A stretch of 63,566 nt of DNA, the filler included, from Aduncisulcus paluster (lineage: Eukaryota), in NCBI GenBank assembly GCA_024181965.1. It is 10 parts of 10 records of this genome, joined end to end, with 100 filler letters (N's around TTAATTAATTAA, not from the genome) between each part and the next. Parts side by side here need not be neighbours in the genome. Positions count along the whole stretch, not along the records: positions 2,957 to 13,711 come from BQXS01011895.1; positions 13,812 to 20,501 come from BQXS01011897.1; positions 20,602 to 29,733 come from BQXS01011898.1; 7 more parts are not named here. One strand, 5' to 3'. Each line of letters opens with the position of its first letter. Positions within the stretch are counted from its first letter, which is position 1. Made by a program: the position numbers and the translations under genes. Below, piece by piece: positions 10,504 to 23,174 of this stretch. The notes beneath the pieces are model-generated. The model was not told the origin of the DNA, did not search any database, and saw nothing but the letters and a program-made list of their open reading frames with translations.

Positions 10504-12096
10504 TCACAATTCAAAGTAGGAATAGCTACTATCTTTCTTCTCTTCTCCAGCAGGATCTTTAATAAATCCAACCTTTTCATTGTTATTAACGAATTCACAC
10601 ATTGATACGACTGGAGGAATTCCGCCGACAACACCTTTGCCAACTCCAGGAGGACCATAAACATCACACTCGGATGATTTCCCACTCCATCCGCTCTGAG
10701 AACTAAAGTTGATTGTACATCTATCGCCATTGACAGAAGCAATGATACCAAAGTTTGAATGGTTGACACTTCCCCACCCATATGAAGGGCTTGAAATGCT
10801 TGTCTTAATCCGGACAACGTGACCAACTTTCACAGTGGTCTCATCGGGATATATCACCCAATCGGTATATGTAGAGTCAGATGGGCTAGAAATAACAGGG
10901 ACAATGGGGGCTTCTTTTAGCTTTCTGCCACCAGATACTGATGAAAACTCGAAATCAAGCATGGCTCCTTCGACAACTCCTTTCAAAATAGAAGCAGGAA
11001 GTTTTTCAAGAGCTCCAGAAGCGTTAAGGGCGGCAACATTATCAAGGATGCTGAGACCAGCCAACTTGAGCAGACGAGCACTACCATGAGTGCAGGCCCA
11101 GTCCATGGCACCGCTGTCTGTCTTCTCGATGATCATGGGCTGAAGCATGTCTTCAAGGATGGAGTCCAAGGAAGGGATATCAAGACGACGACTCAAAAGG
11201 TACATGTCTCGAAGGTTCTCCATGGATTTCTCGGGGGAAGCTCCACGAACGGACAGAGCGAGAGCCTCACTATCTCTGGTATAGAGATAAGAGATGACAG
11301 TACGGAGGATATGAGAAGAAATGTCGGGGAAAGAGATCATGTCATCCTTGCCGTCACTACCAATTAACTTCCTGGCATCCATTAAATGTCTGAAGAAACC
11401 ACTGAAGGAGCAGAGAATAATTGAGTGGGCTTTTACAACACCATCTTTGCAGGATATCTCAATGTCGAAAGGACAAGCTTCAAGGAGACGGGTCATTCCA
11501 GTGGGCTTGACATCTTTTTCTTCCTCTTCTTCTTCCTTTTTATCGGTGTCTTCAAGTAAAAGAGATGACAAATGACGAAGAGAAGCAACCAAAAGTTCTC
11601 TTTGAGGACCAACACGACATACATTGCCAGCACCAAAAATACGAATTTCTTCAACCTTACTATCATGTCCTCCACTGTGGTTCGAGTGAATTTCAAAGAC
11701 TAGTTGATCACATGAGGCAGATTTGGTTGGAGGAATCTTGACAACTTGCCACCCAGAAATCTGGGAGCATTCACAAGAATATCTCTTCACTTCCTTTGTG
11801 TTACTCTTGAGAACAAGTTGAATATCCTTAGGATGATAACTACCAAAAGAAGATTGTGTCTTCATGGCCAAATATAGAGGAAGTCGTTTAGAACGGAAAG
11901 AAAAGTAAATACGATGAGGTTTGCTTCCACTTGATTGGTAATATGAAGAATCAGCCTTCAAAACATTGTCTGCTACATTAGAACCAGAGTGGGAATCACT
12001 TTTAATAGCTTTAATCTTAAGGGGGTTTCCATAAGGGTTTTTTGGAATTGTACTTCCCGACAATCTATCCACAGTCAGTTTAATAGGCGGGGCCAT
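10504..12096 (-). CDS. DOC/APC10 - BTB/POZ - HERC2/KEG-type SH3 domain protein
   Basis: DOC: YYQSSGSKPHRIYFSF...SYHPKDI...GWQVV...IHSNHSGGHDSKVEEIRIF. BTB: DIEISCKDGVVKAHSIILCSFSGFFRHL...ILRTVISYLYT. SH3-like: VKVGHVVRIKTSISSPSYGWGSVNHSNFGII...INFSSQSGWSG. Confidence 0.8.
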   Translation of the reverse strand: MAPPIKLTVDRLSGSTIPKNPYGNPLKIKAIKSDSHSGSNVADNVLKADSSYYQSSGSKPHRIYFSFRSKRLPLYLAMKTQSSFGSYHPKDIQLVLKSNTKEVKRYSCECSQISGWQVVKIPPTKSASCDQLVFEIHSNHSGGHDSKVEEIRIFGAGNVCRVGPQRELLVASLRHLSSLLLEDTDKKEEEEEEKDVKPTGMTRLLEACPFDIEISCKDGVVKAHSIILCSFSGFFRHLMDARKLIGSDGKDDMISFPDISSHILRTVISYLYTRDSEALALSVRGASPEKSMENLRDMYLLSRRLDIPSLDSILEDMLQPMIIEKTDSGAMDWACTHGSARLLKLAGLSILDNVAALNASGALEKLPASILKGVVEGAMLDFEFSSVSGGRKLKEAPIVPVISSPSDSTYTDWVIYPDETTVKVGHVVRIKTSISSPSYGWGSVNHSNFGIIASVNGDRCTINFSSQSGWSGKSSECDVYGPPGVGKGVVGGIPPVVSMCEFVNNNEKVGFIKDPAGEEKKDSSYSYFEL

Positions 12097-12445
12097 TTCT
12101 CAATTTAACTAATGTGAGCAAATCCTGGTTGCTTAGAAAATAATTCAGGAACAAGTTAAGAAAAGAGCATCACAAGGGAAAATGCATCACTCACCCGATT
12201 TTCTTGGATTTTTTGGAGGAATATTTCGGTGGTTGTTTGGACATAATAAAGATTTTACTTGGTATCGGAGCTGGAGTGATCTTGTCTCCTCTAGAACCTA
12301 ATTCCTATCAAATTACGAATTATAAACTAAATATTCATATTTTATATACTAATAATAATTTGAAAATAGTTAACAAATGGATATTTAATGAGTTTATGGG
12401 GCTACACCATATAATCTCATGTTTTGGCCGGATTTTATTTATTCA

Positions 12446-13711
12446 ATGGACAAAAGCCTGGCTATTGGAAATAAGATTCTTCGGAGTGTTATGCAAAAGC
12501 ATATATTATTTGATACGCCGCAATCCAGCAGTGATAGGCGGAGTGCTGTTAAAAGAATCGAAATTGATGTATCACAGTGGATAAAACAGCATTATCTTCC
12601 ATCAAATCCACATTTAACGACTATTCCAAATATTTCAATTGCTCAAATTCATACATATGGATCATATCGTCTTGGTGTTAATGATCCCAATTCTGATATA
12701 GATTCTTTGGCATTAGTTCCTTCATTCGTGACAAAAAGAGAGTTTTTTAGTGATTTTGCTGCATATATTTCTGTAAAAGATGAGTATAAAGATATATTAG
12801 TAATATCTTCTGCTCGTGTGCCTATCATCAAATTTACGCTTTATTCAATTGATATCGATCTCACATTATGTGTATGGCATGAAAATAGGTTACCTCCTCG
12901 GGAAGTACGTTTTACAACGGATGAGTTCATTCGTCACCTTTCCCAGGCTTCCGTGATTGCCTCCGGTGGTGTTAGAACCACATTAGCTGTTAAGAAGGCA
13001 CTCGGTTCTCATTCAAATGGACAAAAATTTGATATTTTATACAGAATTATCAAATTCTGGGCCAAAAGACGAGGGATTTATTCCAATGTTGTTGGATATC
13101 TCGGTGGAATTAGTTGGGAGTTGCTTGTGAGTTATCTGATCCTCCAAGGCCCTAAGAAACATCACGATATTGTTGATCTATCCACTCCTCTCTCCTCCTT
13201 AATGTCATTTTTCAACTTATTTTCAGCCTGGGTGTGGTCACCTCCCTCTGTCCAGTCCATTGTTGCCCTGAAGTCCATCAAGAACAAGCCAGGGATGTCC
13301 TTCGCCCATCTTGTGTATAATCCGCGTGCCCATGAGAACGCTAGAGATATGATGGTAATTGTAACTCCGTCGTACCCCGAGATCAATAGCAGTAAGAACG
13401 TGTCCTTCTCCACAAGACATGTCATTTGCTCTGAACTGGAACGAGGGGTACAGAGCATCCGAGAGATAGATAGTTTGTTGGCTCAGTTGGGAGACCTTAG
13501 AAGGGCTTGGGAACTTCGAGCAGATCAAGAGAGGCTGAGAAGACGAGAGTTGTATGTGACTTCAAAGGTGCGCAATAGTGGGAACAATAATAATGACACA
13601 ACTCTTTCTGCTGATAAATGTGCTACAGATGTCGAGGGGAGAGGGAAAGATGTCACAGCTCTATCTTCTTCAACTTCAACTAAAACTACGTCTGGTGAAT
13701 ATCGTTCTACC
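12446..13711 (+). CDS. PAP1: Canonical nuclear poly(A) polymerase, 3' partial
   Basis: TYGSYRLGVNDPNSDIDSL, ARVPIIKF, IDIDL, IKFWAKRRGIYSNVVGYLGGISW, VTPSYPEINSSKNV. Cut by a linker. Confidence 0.93.
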
Positions 13712-13988
13712 NNNNNNNNNNNNNNNNNNNNNNNNNNNNNNNNNNNNNNNNNNNNTTAATTAATTAANNNNNNNNNNNNNNNNNNNNNNNNNNNNNNNNN
13801 NNNNNNNNNNNACAAGAAATGGAAGACCATCAGGAGTACGAATAAAATGATTAAAGGAATCGATTATTTTCAATATTTCATTCTGATAATACGTATTCTT
13901 TTTTTATTTTCTATCGGGTCATGTTGTGATGCGAGCAACATCACGAAAATATCAATAATCTTGGTTTGAGGGGTATGAATAGTATAGA

Positions 13989-16900
13989 ATGAACAACTAT
14001 TTCTCTAAGCTGTTATGTCAGCAAGGAACAAAGGATGCTTTATCCAAATATGTTGCATATGATCAGATAAACTCTTTGATTGATTCCTGTCGGTATTTAA
14101 TTGATAATCCTAATTATAGCCTTCCATATTGTAACATAGCTGAAGAAGGATCTTATTATGGAGATCCAAGGCTGAGATATGCCGGATTTTCCACTCGAGT
14201 TGAGAATTCCACTGCTACACTATGTTCTGTTAAATTAGGTCCCGGAGTTCATCCTAATACAGGAAAGAGAATGTATGAAACATATTTATTTGGATCTGGT
14301 TCCGTTCAACAATTTGGATTCACCCAAGCTACTACTCATTTCTCTAAAAGTGAGGGCGTGGGGAATTATCCTGGTTCAATTTCATTTGATACGTGGAGGC
14401 CTGCTAAATTTTGTCATGGAACAAAGCATAGATATGGATCTGCTGCATGTATAGGCAGTGTTATTGGTTGTTGTGTCGACTCAAACACCGGCGAAGTCGA
14501 ATTCTTCCTTGATGGTATTAGTCAGGGAATTGCCGGTATATTTCCATGTAAATTATCACATTCAGATGGTATTTCTACGTCTCATTCGACAGAACTTGAT
14601 TATTCGGTTTTCCCTTGTGTTTCCCTTGCCCAAATGTGTTTTTGTAATGTTAATCTTGGACAATCTCCATTTATATTCCCCATCGAAGGATGTCAACCTA
14701 TTCTAGAGCCAGATTTACTCATCGAGTATCCTGCCATTGTTTTGATCAATGCAATTCAAGAATCTCTTACATCTGAAGATATAAAATCTTTTAAAGTACT
14801 TTTGTGCATGCTCTTTACTATTATGGCATGTCATCCATTTTTGGTAATGGATATATTGGTTCCTTTTTTGATATCCGAATATCGTCGGGAATGTTCCCGT
14901 CTCAGTCACGGATTTACAACCTTCTCAAAATCTATTTTTAGATTAGATATCAACCAGGCTCTAGTATCGCGATCTCTTGTCATGGTATGTGATTGCCTCG
15001 CCTTTTTCGCCCTTATGTGCCGGTATCAAGAAGCTGAAAGAGTATTGTCTCGCGTCAAACTACACTATAAACCTCATAAACCTCATAACAAACAACAATT
15101 ATATAGTAGTCATATTCATACAAAATCAACATCCAATTCATCCAATACACTTTCTTGTTCTTCGTCTTCATCTGTCTCTGGTGAAAATACAAAAGATACA
15201 AAAGATACAAAAGATATAGAACAACGTACAAGAGATTCCTCGGTATCCAATGATGTTACAAGAGTTAGTACAACTCCGATAATAGATGATCAAGCATCCC
15301 CTGCTAATCCTGCTTCTCTAGCTCCCTCTCTAGCTCCCTCTCTAGCGCCCTCTATTCCTGCATCTACATCTACCTCTGTAATATCTTCTCTTTGTCCGAC
15401 TCCTAAACAAGCTCATGAAGTATTACCACGAACAGAACATCATGAACTGAAAGTGAGAAGATCACAAGGAGGGAACAGACAACAACAACAACAACATTCC
15501 TCCCAAACATCATCTGCTTCTCTACTATCTAAAATTAGAAATATTGAGAAAGTATCTCCAGGTTCTTCTTCGGTTCCTGTCTTCTTCTTCTTCTTCTTCT
15601 TCTTCCTCAATGCTTGCAGACCAGGATCCAATTGCTGCTGCTGTACATCGTTTGACCCATTTTAAGGCCACTTCAGAGAGAGATATTTCAAAAGATGACA
15701 TGGCAGACGAATTAATTGAGGAATTGAATGAATACGTATCCGTATCTTCTCTTTTATATGGTATGGATGATGCAGAAATTGTTGTAACTCTGGATTTCAA
15801 TGAAAAAGAGGGAAGAAGAAGAAGATAAAGAAGAAGATAAAGATAAAGATAAAGATAAAGGAAGATGTTTTTCTCTTGTTTCATCTCCCATGATTCAACC
15901 CTTATCTCTTGGTATGCCTAATAATCTATCACATACTTTGCTGTCATCTCTCATATTCTCTTTGATTGATCCAAGAGTGTGTCCTGATACTGCATCCAGG
16001 TTGTTATTATTCCCATCTGCTTTGACGCATCATCTTTTAAGTCTTTCATTTATCCCGCAATGTCCTTTGAGTAAGTTTATTCAATATCAGCGAAGAGAAG
16101 AAAGATTCTTGAAAACTGAGGAAATGAAACTATTTTTAGATTGGATGAGAAAGATTTACGCTTACCCTGATGATTCTCTAATCAAAAGTCAACGTGATTC
16201 AAGACATAACGTTCGAATGTGGTGGAAAAAGCTGAAAAATGAAGTCAAATTGGGAGTTATAAGCGGTATTGATTGGTCTAAATTGCCTCATAAAGATAAT
16301 TCTTTTATAGCTTCTTCTTCTTCTTATTCAGATGCATCATCTAATTATAGATCTCTTCTAATTATAGGTATTGAGAAATATATACAATGGGGAGTGAGTG
16401 AAGTTGAACAAGATGATCGAAGGANNNNNNNNNNNNNNNNNNNNACATAACGTTCGAATGTGGTGGAAAAAGCTGAAAAATGAAGTCAAATTGGGAGTTA
16501 TAAGCGGTATTGATTGGTCTAAATTGCCTCATAAAGATAATTCTTTTATAGCTTCTTCTTCTTCTTATTCAGATGCATCATCTAATTATAGATCTCTTCT
16601 AATTATAGGTATTGAGAAATATATACAATGGGGAGTGAGTGAAGTTGAACAAGATGATCGAAGGACCAAGCGATTAATTCAAAGCATATACACCTTCGAA
16701 AAAGATATTGTTGCTCAAAGATGTCCTGATGATCTTTTTGCTGAATTAACACCCATTGATATTCCAAGAATTATTCAGAATATTACTTCAACCATGAATA
16801 ATACTAACAAAAAGCTATCAAATGCCAACAAAAAACTATCAAATATTTCTGGCTATACTGAATGGAAAGAAAAGAAAGAAGAAGAGAAAGAGGAAATGCT

Positions 16901-19900
16901 TGCGAACGAAGAAGAAGAAGAACAAGAAGAAGAAGAGAAAGAAACATTGTCAACTATTCCTCTCTCTCCTCCTCCTCCTCTTTTGTCTCTTCATCTTTTG
17001 TTCCCTCTTGATAGACCCTCGATGCACTTTAGTTATGCACCATATCAGCCTTCTCCTTTAGTTTCTCACGTAGGATCCAAAGAGCTTATATCATGCATTA
17101 CACACAATATTTCTTTAAGAACCTCTTTCTTTATGCCATTGTCCTCTACGTGTGATATTATACGAATGGACAACGTGAGTGTATGCGAATTAAGTGCTGG
17201 GCCTGTTCAGTGGATATCAGGGATTGTTAAGGTCGTTGGAGAAGGGAGAAGAAGAGAGAGGAGGAAGAGAATAAGAGAACGAGGAGAAAGAGAGAGAAGA
17301 AGAGGAAATGCTTGCGAAGGAGCAAGAAGAGGAAGTTGGAAAAGAAGTGAAGAAGTTGGAAAAGAATGGAAAGAAGAAGAGGAAGAGAGAGAAGAAGAAG
17401 AAGAAGAAGAGGAGAAGAGAGAAGAAGAAGAAGAGGAAAAGAACTATGAAGATTATGGAGTGTCATTAGAGCTTGAGAGTGTAAAGAAAAGAAGAGATCT
17501 CCGAAAGTTAATAGATACAATGGGTCAGGATAGAATATCTGAGAGTTTAAAAGAGCAAACTGGGAAAGCCCATCGTCGTGCGGCATTGTATGAAGCATTA
17601 ACCGATAGTGCATTAGTCCATTTAACCTCTAAAGAAGACCATTGTAAGAATAATGGTCATGGTATGTCACAGAAACAAACATTCAAACAGAAACAAACAT
17701 TCAAACAAACAACATCGGAAGGAGACCTTACTCTTGAGAGTGGATTTAGTGGATGCTTTATTCAGGAATATATCAACTCTTCATTACGAAAACAACCAAC
17801 TATGCATGCACATTTGCCCCATCCAAAGGATTTTGTATACTCTATCCTTGGAGAAACAAAGCTACAGATTGTCAAGAATGCACTCAAAGCTTTTATCAAG
17901 CCTTCTCGTTGTTGTTCTGACTCTGATTGTGACTCTCACTCTGACTCTGACTATTTCAATACTTCAGTGTCTGTGTCAGTCGACTCTTCTCTCTCTCTCC
18001 CTCTCTCTCTTCTTCTCTCCTCTTCTCTTCAGATATTAGACATGTGTGCAGAAAGGTCCAAGGAGATAAACATTCGTCTACAACAAACAAAATCTCCCAT
18101 TTGTGCTGTAGATAGTTATTTTTTACCTTTATTCCCCTTATTTGTGAAATTCCAATCGTCTTTTTCTATTTTTCCTGCGTTTGAGCAAATCACGAGAGAA
18201 GTTACGGCTTGTTCAAGTGTTTTGTTCTATAATTACGTAAGAGATTGGTTATCCGCATTAAAATCAACGCCACGAAGCCAACGTAAGGCTGGAAGCTTCG
18301 AATATCCTTCAAATATCAATTCCCATCCTTTGCCGGCAAGCTTTCTATCAAATTTGATACATTCTATATATGATTTTGATCTGCATGATCAATTAATGAA
18401 ACAAAATGGAATGCAGAAACTAAGAATATCAAGTGAATTTATCCATACTTCTTCAGGAAGTACCTCAAGCATCAGGAACATACATATCTCCAAATCTAAA
18501 CACCCGACACACCATTTTCACTCAATGTTACCTCCTTCAGGACTTTGGGTCAATCCAATATTATATACTCTTTCTTTGAGACATGGACTTGGAGTACGTG
18601 CAGCCACAAGAAGATTTTTCCCTCTTCTATTACCTCCTTTACTTCTCTCGCTCTCTTTCTCAGGATTCAATGAACTTCCTCAATCGCTATCTTCTACTTC
18701 CTCTTCTTTCTCTTCCTCTTCTTCAACTTCAACTTCTCCATCACACTCTCTCACTCCATCAGTTTCTCTCACTCCATCAGTTTGTTCTCCTACTGCTACT
18801 CCTCCTGACACTGCTACTGCTACTCCTACTCCTCCTGACACTGCTACTGCTACTCCCAATGGGGAAGGAGAACAATTACAAGAAGGACAACAAGAAGTAA
18901 CAACCACCACCACTACCAGTAGCACCACCACTACCACTACCACCAGTAGCACTCTGCATGAAGATGATCAACCTTCGCCAACTCCCTCTTCATCACATGA
19001 CCCGTACAAACTAATCACCAGTAGTACCATTTCTGAACGAACTAAACGAGTGATGATTATTGTATCTCAATTAAAGACTCTATGCTGGGATTTCATTGAC
19101 ACAAGTAATGATACGACTCTATGGGGTGATAGTGTGATGGAATGGGCCATGTATCTTTCCAAAAGGGAAGAGAAGAAGGAAGAGAAGGAGGAAGAGAAGA
19201 AGAAAGAGAAGAAGAAGTTTGGAAATGATGATGAGCAATATGAAGGAAGGGGAAGAGAAGAGACCTCCGGCTTACGAATGGGAGATAATCCTGGAGATAA
19301 TCCAATGCCAAGACCCAAGGATGTTCATGGAAATAGTTTATCAGCTTCAGAACAACAGTGTAAAACAACATCATGTTCTTCCCCCACTTGCATCAACCCA
19401 CCTTGTCTTCTCCCCCAATTTCTTGGACCATATTCTTTGTTTGATATTTCTGCTCTTTCCTCTCTTTCTTCTTTTAGTCGAGCCTTAAGGCTATTTACTG
19501 GCGTAGATCCATTAATCCGGCCTGCAAGAGCTAGAGTATACCATCGTTTGTTTGCTGGTTGTTCTCTCTCGTCTCTCTTCTCTTCTCTATTGTCTTTTCG
19601 AGAGATTATCAATCTATGTATTAGTTCAATTTATGGAATGTTAATTGTTCCATCTTGTCTTAATTACTTCATTTTGGCCGGTAAATTGGGTGAAATGGGT
19701 GGAATATTGTGCAAAATATGTGTTGTCATGTGTGCTGATATAATATTCAAATTCAAAGCATCATCCATGGAAAAAGAGGAAGAGGAAGAAGAGAAAGAGA
19801 AAGAGGAAGAGAAAGAAGAGGAAGAAGAGGAAGAGAAAGAAAAGAAAAAAGAGGAAGAGGAAGAGAAAGAAGAGAAAGAAGAGGAAGAAGAGAAAGAGGA

Positions 19901-20501
19901 AGAGGAAGAGGAAGAGAAAGAAAAGAAAGAAGAGGAAGAAGAGAAAGAGGAAGAGGAAGAGGAAGAGAAAGAAAAGAAAGAAGAGGAAGAGAAAGAAGAT
20001 TCAATGGCACAAAGTATTGATATGGATGTTCCATCAACAGGAAAAGGAATATATATACTACGGGAAGGACCTAACCCAAAAGATACAAAAGTTACAAGAG
20101 AAATTGGAGAGAAAGTTGCAGAATATGAAATAGCTGTACATTTTACTCCCCAATCTAACGATACAAGAAATCTAAATATAGATAATGAGAAAAAAGAAGA
20201 AGGAGAAGGAGAAGAAGAAAGAGAAAGAAAAGAAAGAAGAGGAAGAAGAGAAAGAGGAAGAGGAAGAGGAAGAGAAAGAAAAGAAAGAAGAGGAAGAGAA
20301 AGAAGATTCAATGGCACAAAGTATTGATATGGATGTTCCATCAACAGGAAAAGGAATATATATACTACGGGAAGGACCTAACCCAAAAGATACAAAAGTT
20401 ACAAGAGAAATTGGAGAGAAAGTTGCAGAATATGAAATAGCTGTACATTTTACTCCCCAATCTAACGATACAAGAAATCTAAATATAGATAATGAGAAAA
20501 A
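13989..20501 (+). CDS. Large SPRY-domain protein (RNF123/KPC1/RKP-like N-terminus). Broken in this assembly by two +1 frameshifts and duplications; 3' partial
   Basis: SPRY: GKRMYETYL...QFGF...EGVGNYPGSISFD...YG...GSVIGCCVDSNTGEVEFFLDGISQGIA. Coding continues through overlapping ORFs 15544-15828, 15800-16450 and 16398-20327, with shifts inside TCT and GAA runs. No RING domain is visible before the linker. Confidence 0.7.
16204..16665. repeat. Overlap duplication across a 20-N gap (16204-16424 = 16445-16665). Same pattern at 27708-28154/28175-28621, 39676-39939/39960-40223, 40797-41002/41023-41228, 50147-50397/50418-50668, 53567-53730/53751-53914 and 59330-59666/59687-60023
   Basis: Near-identical copies sit directly either side of each 20-N gap. 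Removing one copy restores intact reading frames. Assembly artefact. Confidence 0.92.
19770..20501 (+). repeat. Purine-rich GAA/GAG low-complexity tracts (poly-E/K) with a ~200-bp segment repeated at period 308
   Basis: AAGATTCAATGGCACAAAG...GATAATGAGAAAA occurs at ~19995 and ~20303, each preceded by a GA-only tract. The second copy is out of frame. Confidence 0.85.
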
Positions 20502-20601
20502 NNNNNNNNNNNNNNNNNNNNNNNNNNNNNNNNNNNNNNNNNNNNTTAATTAATTAANNNNNNNNNNNNNNNNNNNNNNNNNNNNNNNNNNNNNNNNNNN
20601 N

Positions 20602-21431
20602 GGAAGGGTGCTTGAAGGGAGAGTGGGGAGAGGAGAGCATGCTGAGGATTGTACAGAAGATGTCGTGGATGAGTGAAGGGAAGAATGGCTAGATTGGGGT
20701 GCTGAGAGATTGGGACAGGAGGTCGACGCATGTAAAGACTTGTCTGATTCGGTTATTAGAGTTCGAGATGGATATTGACGAGGGAATCCAGGTTTATAAA
20801 TACCAGAATCCTCATAGTAAACGGATCCAGAAGATACTTGTTGCATTTTGGGAACCGAAGAATGAGACACACCAACTCGGTGTGGGACACTGCCATATGA
20901 TGGAGGATTGGAGGATTCAGAAGGGGGAGGATGATCAGTTTTAAAGGGTTGAGAGATTTGAGGAAAATGTTGACACGAATAAGGTTGTCGAAAAGTATCA
21001 GGTGGTAAACTTGAGTGTAATGATGACATAGTATGAAATTTAGGGTCATGAAACGTCAAGGCAGCGTTGGAATATTGAGAAAATTGAACATGGGGACCGC
21101 TTTGGACAGGAAATGAATAATGCTGTGAAACCTGTGTCATTCGCTGTCTCTTCTTGATATCTGCCAAAGATCCAAGAGAATGAACCTTTGTGAGCTTGGG
21201 ACGTTGCATATTCATTGCTTTGGAAGGAAGAGAAGTATCATCCAAAAATGGTGGAGGACATTGGTCTTCGAGTGAAAAAATAGCTAATTGTGGAGCTGGA
21301 GATCCTGAAGATGGATGTATTTTGTAAGAATTAGTTCTATCGGTACCTTCATCCATAGGGGCGGATACAATAGATGAATGCATCTGATATCCAAGAGATG
21401 AAGGGAAATATTTTTTGTCTTTTTCAAACAT
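20602..21431 (-). CDS. Hypothetical Ser/Pro/Gln-rich protein, 3' partial
   Basis: ORF from ATG 21431 open to the linker, preceded by AT-rich intergenic DNA. No domain recognised. Confidence 0.6.
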
Positions 21432-21688
21432 AAATATTAAAAACCAATAGAAAATTGTTTTTTGATTTCAAAAAGCGGCGCTGACAATCCATTTTTAAAA
21501 AATCTAAAAATAAGAATCATCGGGGTGATCTTGAAGAAATTTAATGATATTAATCAAAATAAATAAAAAAGATGAAGATGAAATGATATGTTCTCTTTAT
21601 TCTTAAAGGAGCTTATTTGACGGCAAAACTCTGCGTTTGTGCGAAAAGAAATAAACAAAACCTTCCTTTTGATAAGTAAAAAGTCAAT

Positions 21689-22452
21689 TTACTCGGATCC
21701 CACGATGGCAACAAGCGCAAACCTAGGATCTGATTTCCCTTCGATATATTTCTGAATAACTGAAGCAGCTGATTCAAGGAAATCCTTTCCAGGTTCAATT
21801 TTTCCATGATCGATGGGTCCTTCTTTCCTTCCATCCAATTCAATAACAGAGCCATCTTCGGAGGGAACAAATGCGATAAAATGAAGATCTACATCAGAAG
21901 ATGGATCAAGTTCCTCTGTATCACCACTTGCTGCGCCTTCAGTGTGGGCTACTTCAAATCTCTTTTCATCTTCTAATTCCCAGGCCCTTTCAAAAGGAGA
22001 CAAAGATGAGAACTTCTCTTTCAACGATTTTACATAATCACCTTTTTCTTCATCAGGACAATTCAAGAGAGAGTGGATGATGGCCATAGCTCCACAAGCA
22101 TTGGTAATCATTTGATATACAAAGAGAGCCCGATCAGTTGATGGATCGAGAGGTTTTCCAAGTTTGGGGAATTTTTCTGTGCATGGGAACAGGAAGATAA
22201 GGCTTCTGACAGGTTTGGGGACAAATGCCAACAGTCTTAAAAACAGGAAGTTAGGAATGAGAATGAGAAAACAAAAGAATAAAGGACAAACATTACATAC
22301 TCAGGATCTAATCCATACACATCAGCAGCTTTTAATGGAGATCCAAGGTCAGAGATGAATTTAGAAATTACTTCTGGATTGCTTTCGAGAGGAGACCAAG
22401 CAATTCGATGGTCAAAACGTTCAATACCTTTATATATCGTTGCTTTGGACAT
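21689..22452 (-). CDS. UCHL3: Ubiquitin C-terminal hydrolase (peptidase C12, UCH-L3-like), 2 exons: 22452-22301 and 22235-21689
   Basis: Exon 1 WSPLESNPEVI...DVYGLDPE joins exon 2 LLAFVPKPVRSLIFLFP. Catalytic motifs QMITNACG, LHFIAFV, ELDG. Confidence 0.95.
22236..22300 (-). other. Spliceosomal intron (65 nt) in the UCH gene
   Basis: GTATGT...TCCTAAC...TTTTTAAG. Removal restores the conserved GLDPELLAFVP motif. Confidence 0.92.
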
Positions 22453-22798
22453 ATTAAATAATAAAAATGGATTAATAATTTGTTTGGTGAATTCAATCTG
22501 AGGTTGAGAGATCCGGATAGATATTCTTAATAATTATTCTGGAATAACTTATTTCTTTTGAATAAATATGAATAAAAACAACTCTGAGTTTATTAAATGT
22601 GTAGGATGAAACTTTAAATTAATTTTATTCACAGCTGGCTACAAGAAGTCCGCTAGAATGTTTGCTAGCAAGAATAATTATTCAATTTAATATAGAATTT
22701 TTTCTAATATTTTTCTTGTTTAATATTGAGATTGTTATTTGAAATTTATATTAGTAATCACTTCCTAATCTCGAAAACAATCTTACACTTATCTTAGA

Positions 22799-23122
22799 AT
22801 GACTCCACTTCTAGGAATTGGTACTGGATTTATCATTATTATTATATGTATTATTATAGCTATGTTTGCCTGTTATTTAGGCAGAAATGAAGAAAATTCG
22901 GGTCTTGTGTTTGGTGTTGTATTGATTTGTATAATGACCATCATTGTGTTAGTTTCTCTCATGTTTTTAGGGGGGAAATCGCAAGAATCAGAGGTCCCTC
23001 TTGATACTCAGGCTGTGAAACGAACACTCTTGTTCTCCTCTGAAATTATTATTTTTATTGTATCCATTATCATTTTAACTTGTTATTGTTCGAAAAATGA
23101 AGATCCTCTGCGTAGAAAATGA
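22799..23122 (+). CDS. TMEM218: Small 3-TM protein, TMEM218-like (ciliary transition zone)
   Basis: 107 aa with three hydrophobic segments. N-terminal LLGIGTGFIII, a D-x5-R-xLL motif before TM3 and C-terminal PLRR resemble my recollection of TMEM218 (LGVGAGVFIL...DDFFIGRYVLL...PLHSY). Confidence 0.65.
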   Translation: MTPLLGIGTGFIIIIICIIIAMFACYLGRNEENSGLVFGVVLICIMTIIVLVSLMFLGGKSQESEVPLDTQAVKRTLLFSSEIIIFIVSIIILTCYCSKNEDPLRRK

Positions 23123-23174
23123 AATGATTATGTAAAAATAAAATTTGATTCCCAATCCTTCCTTTCTCGACATT

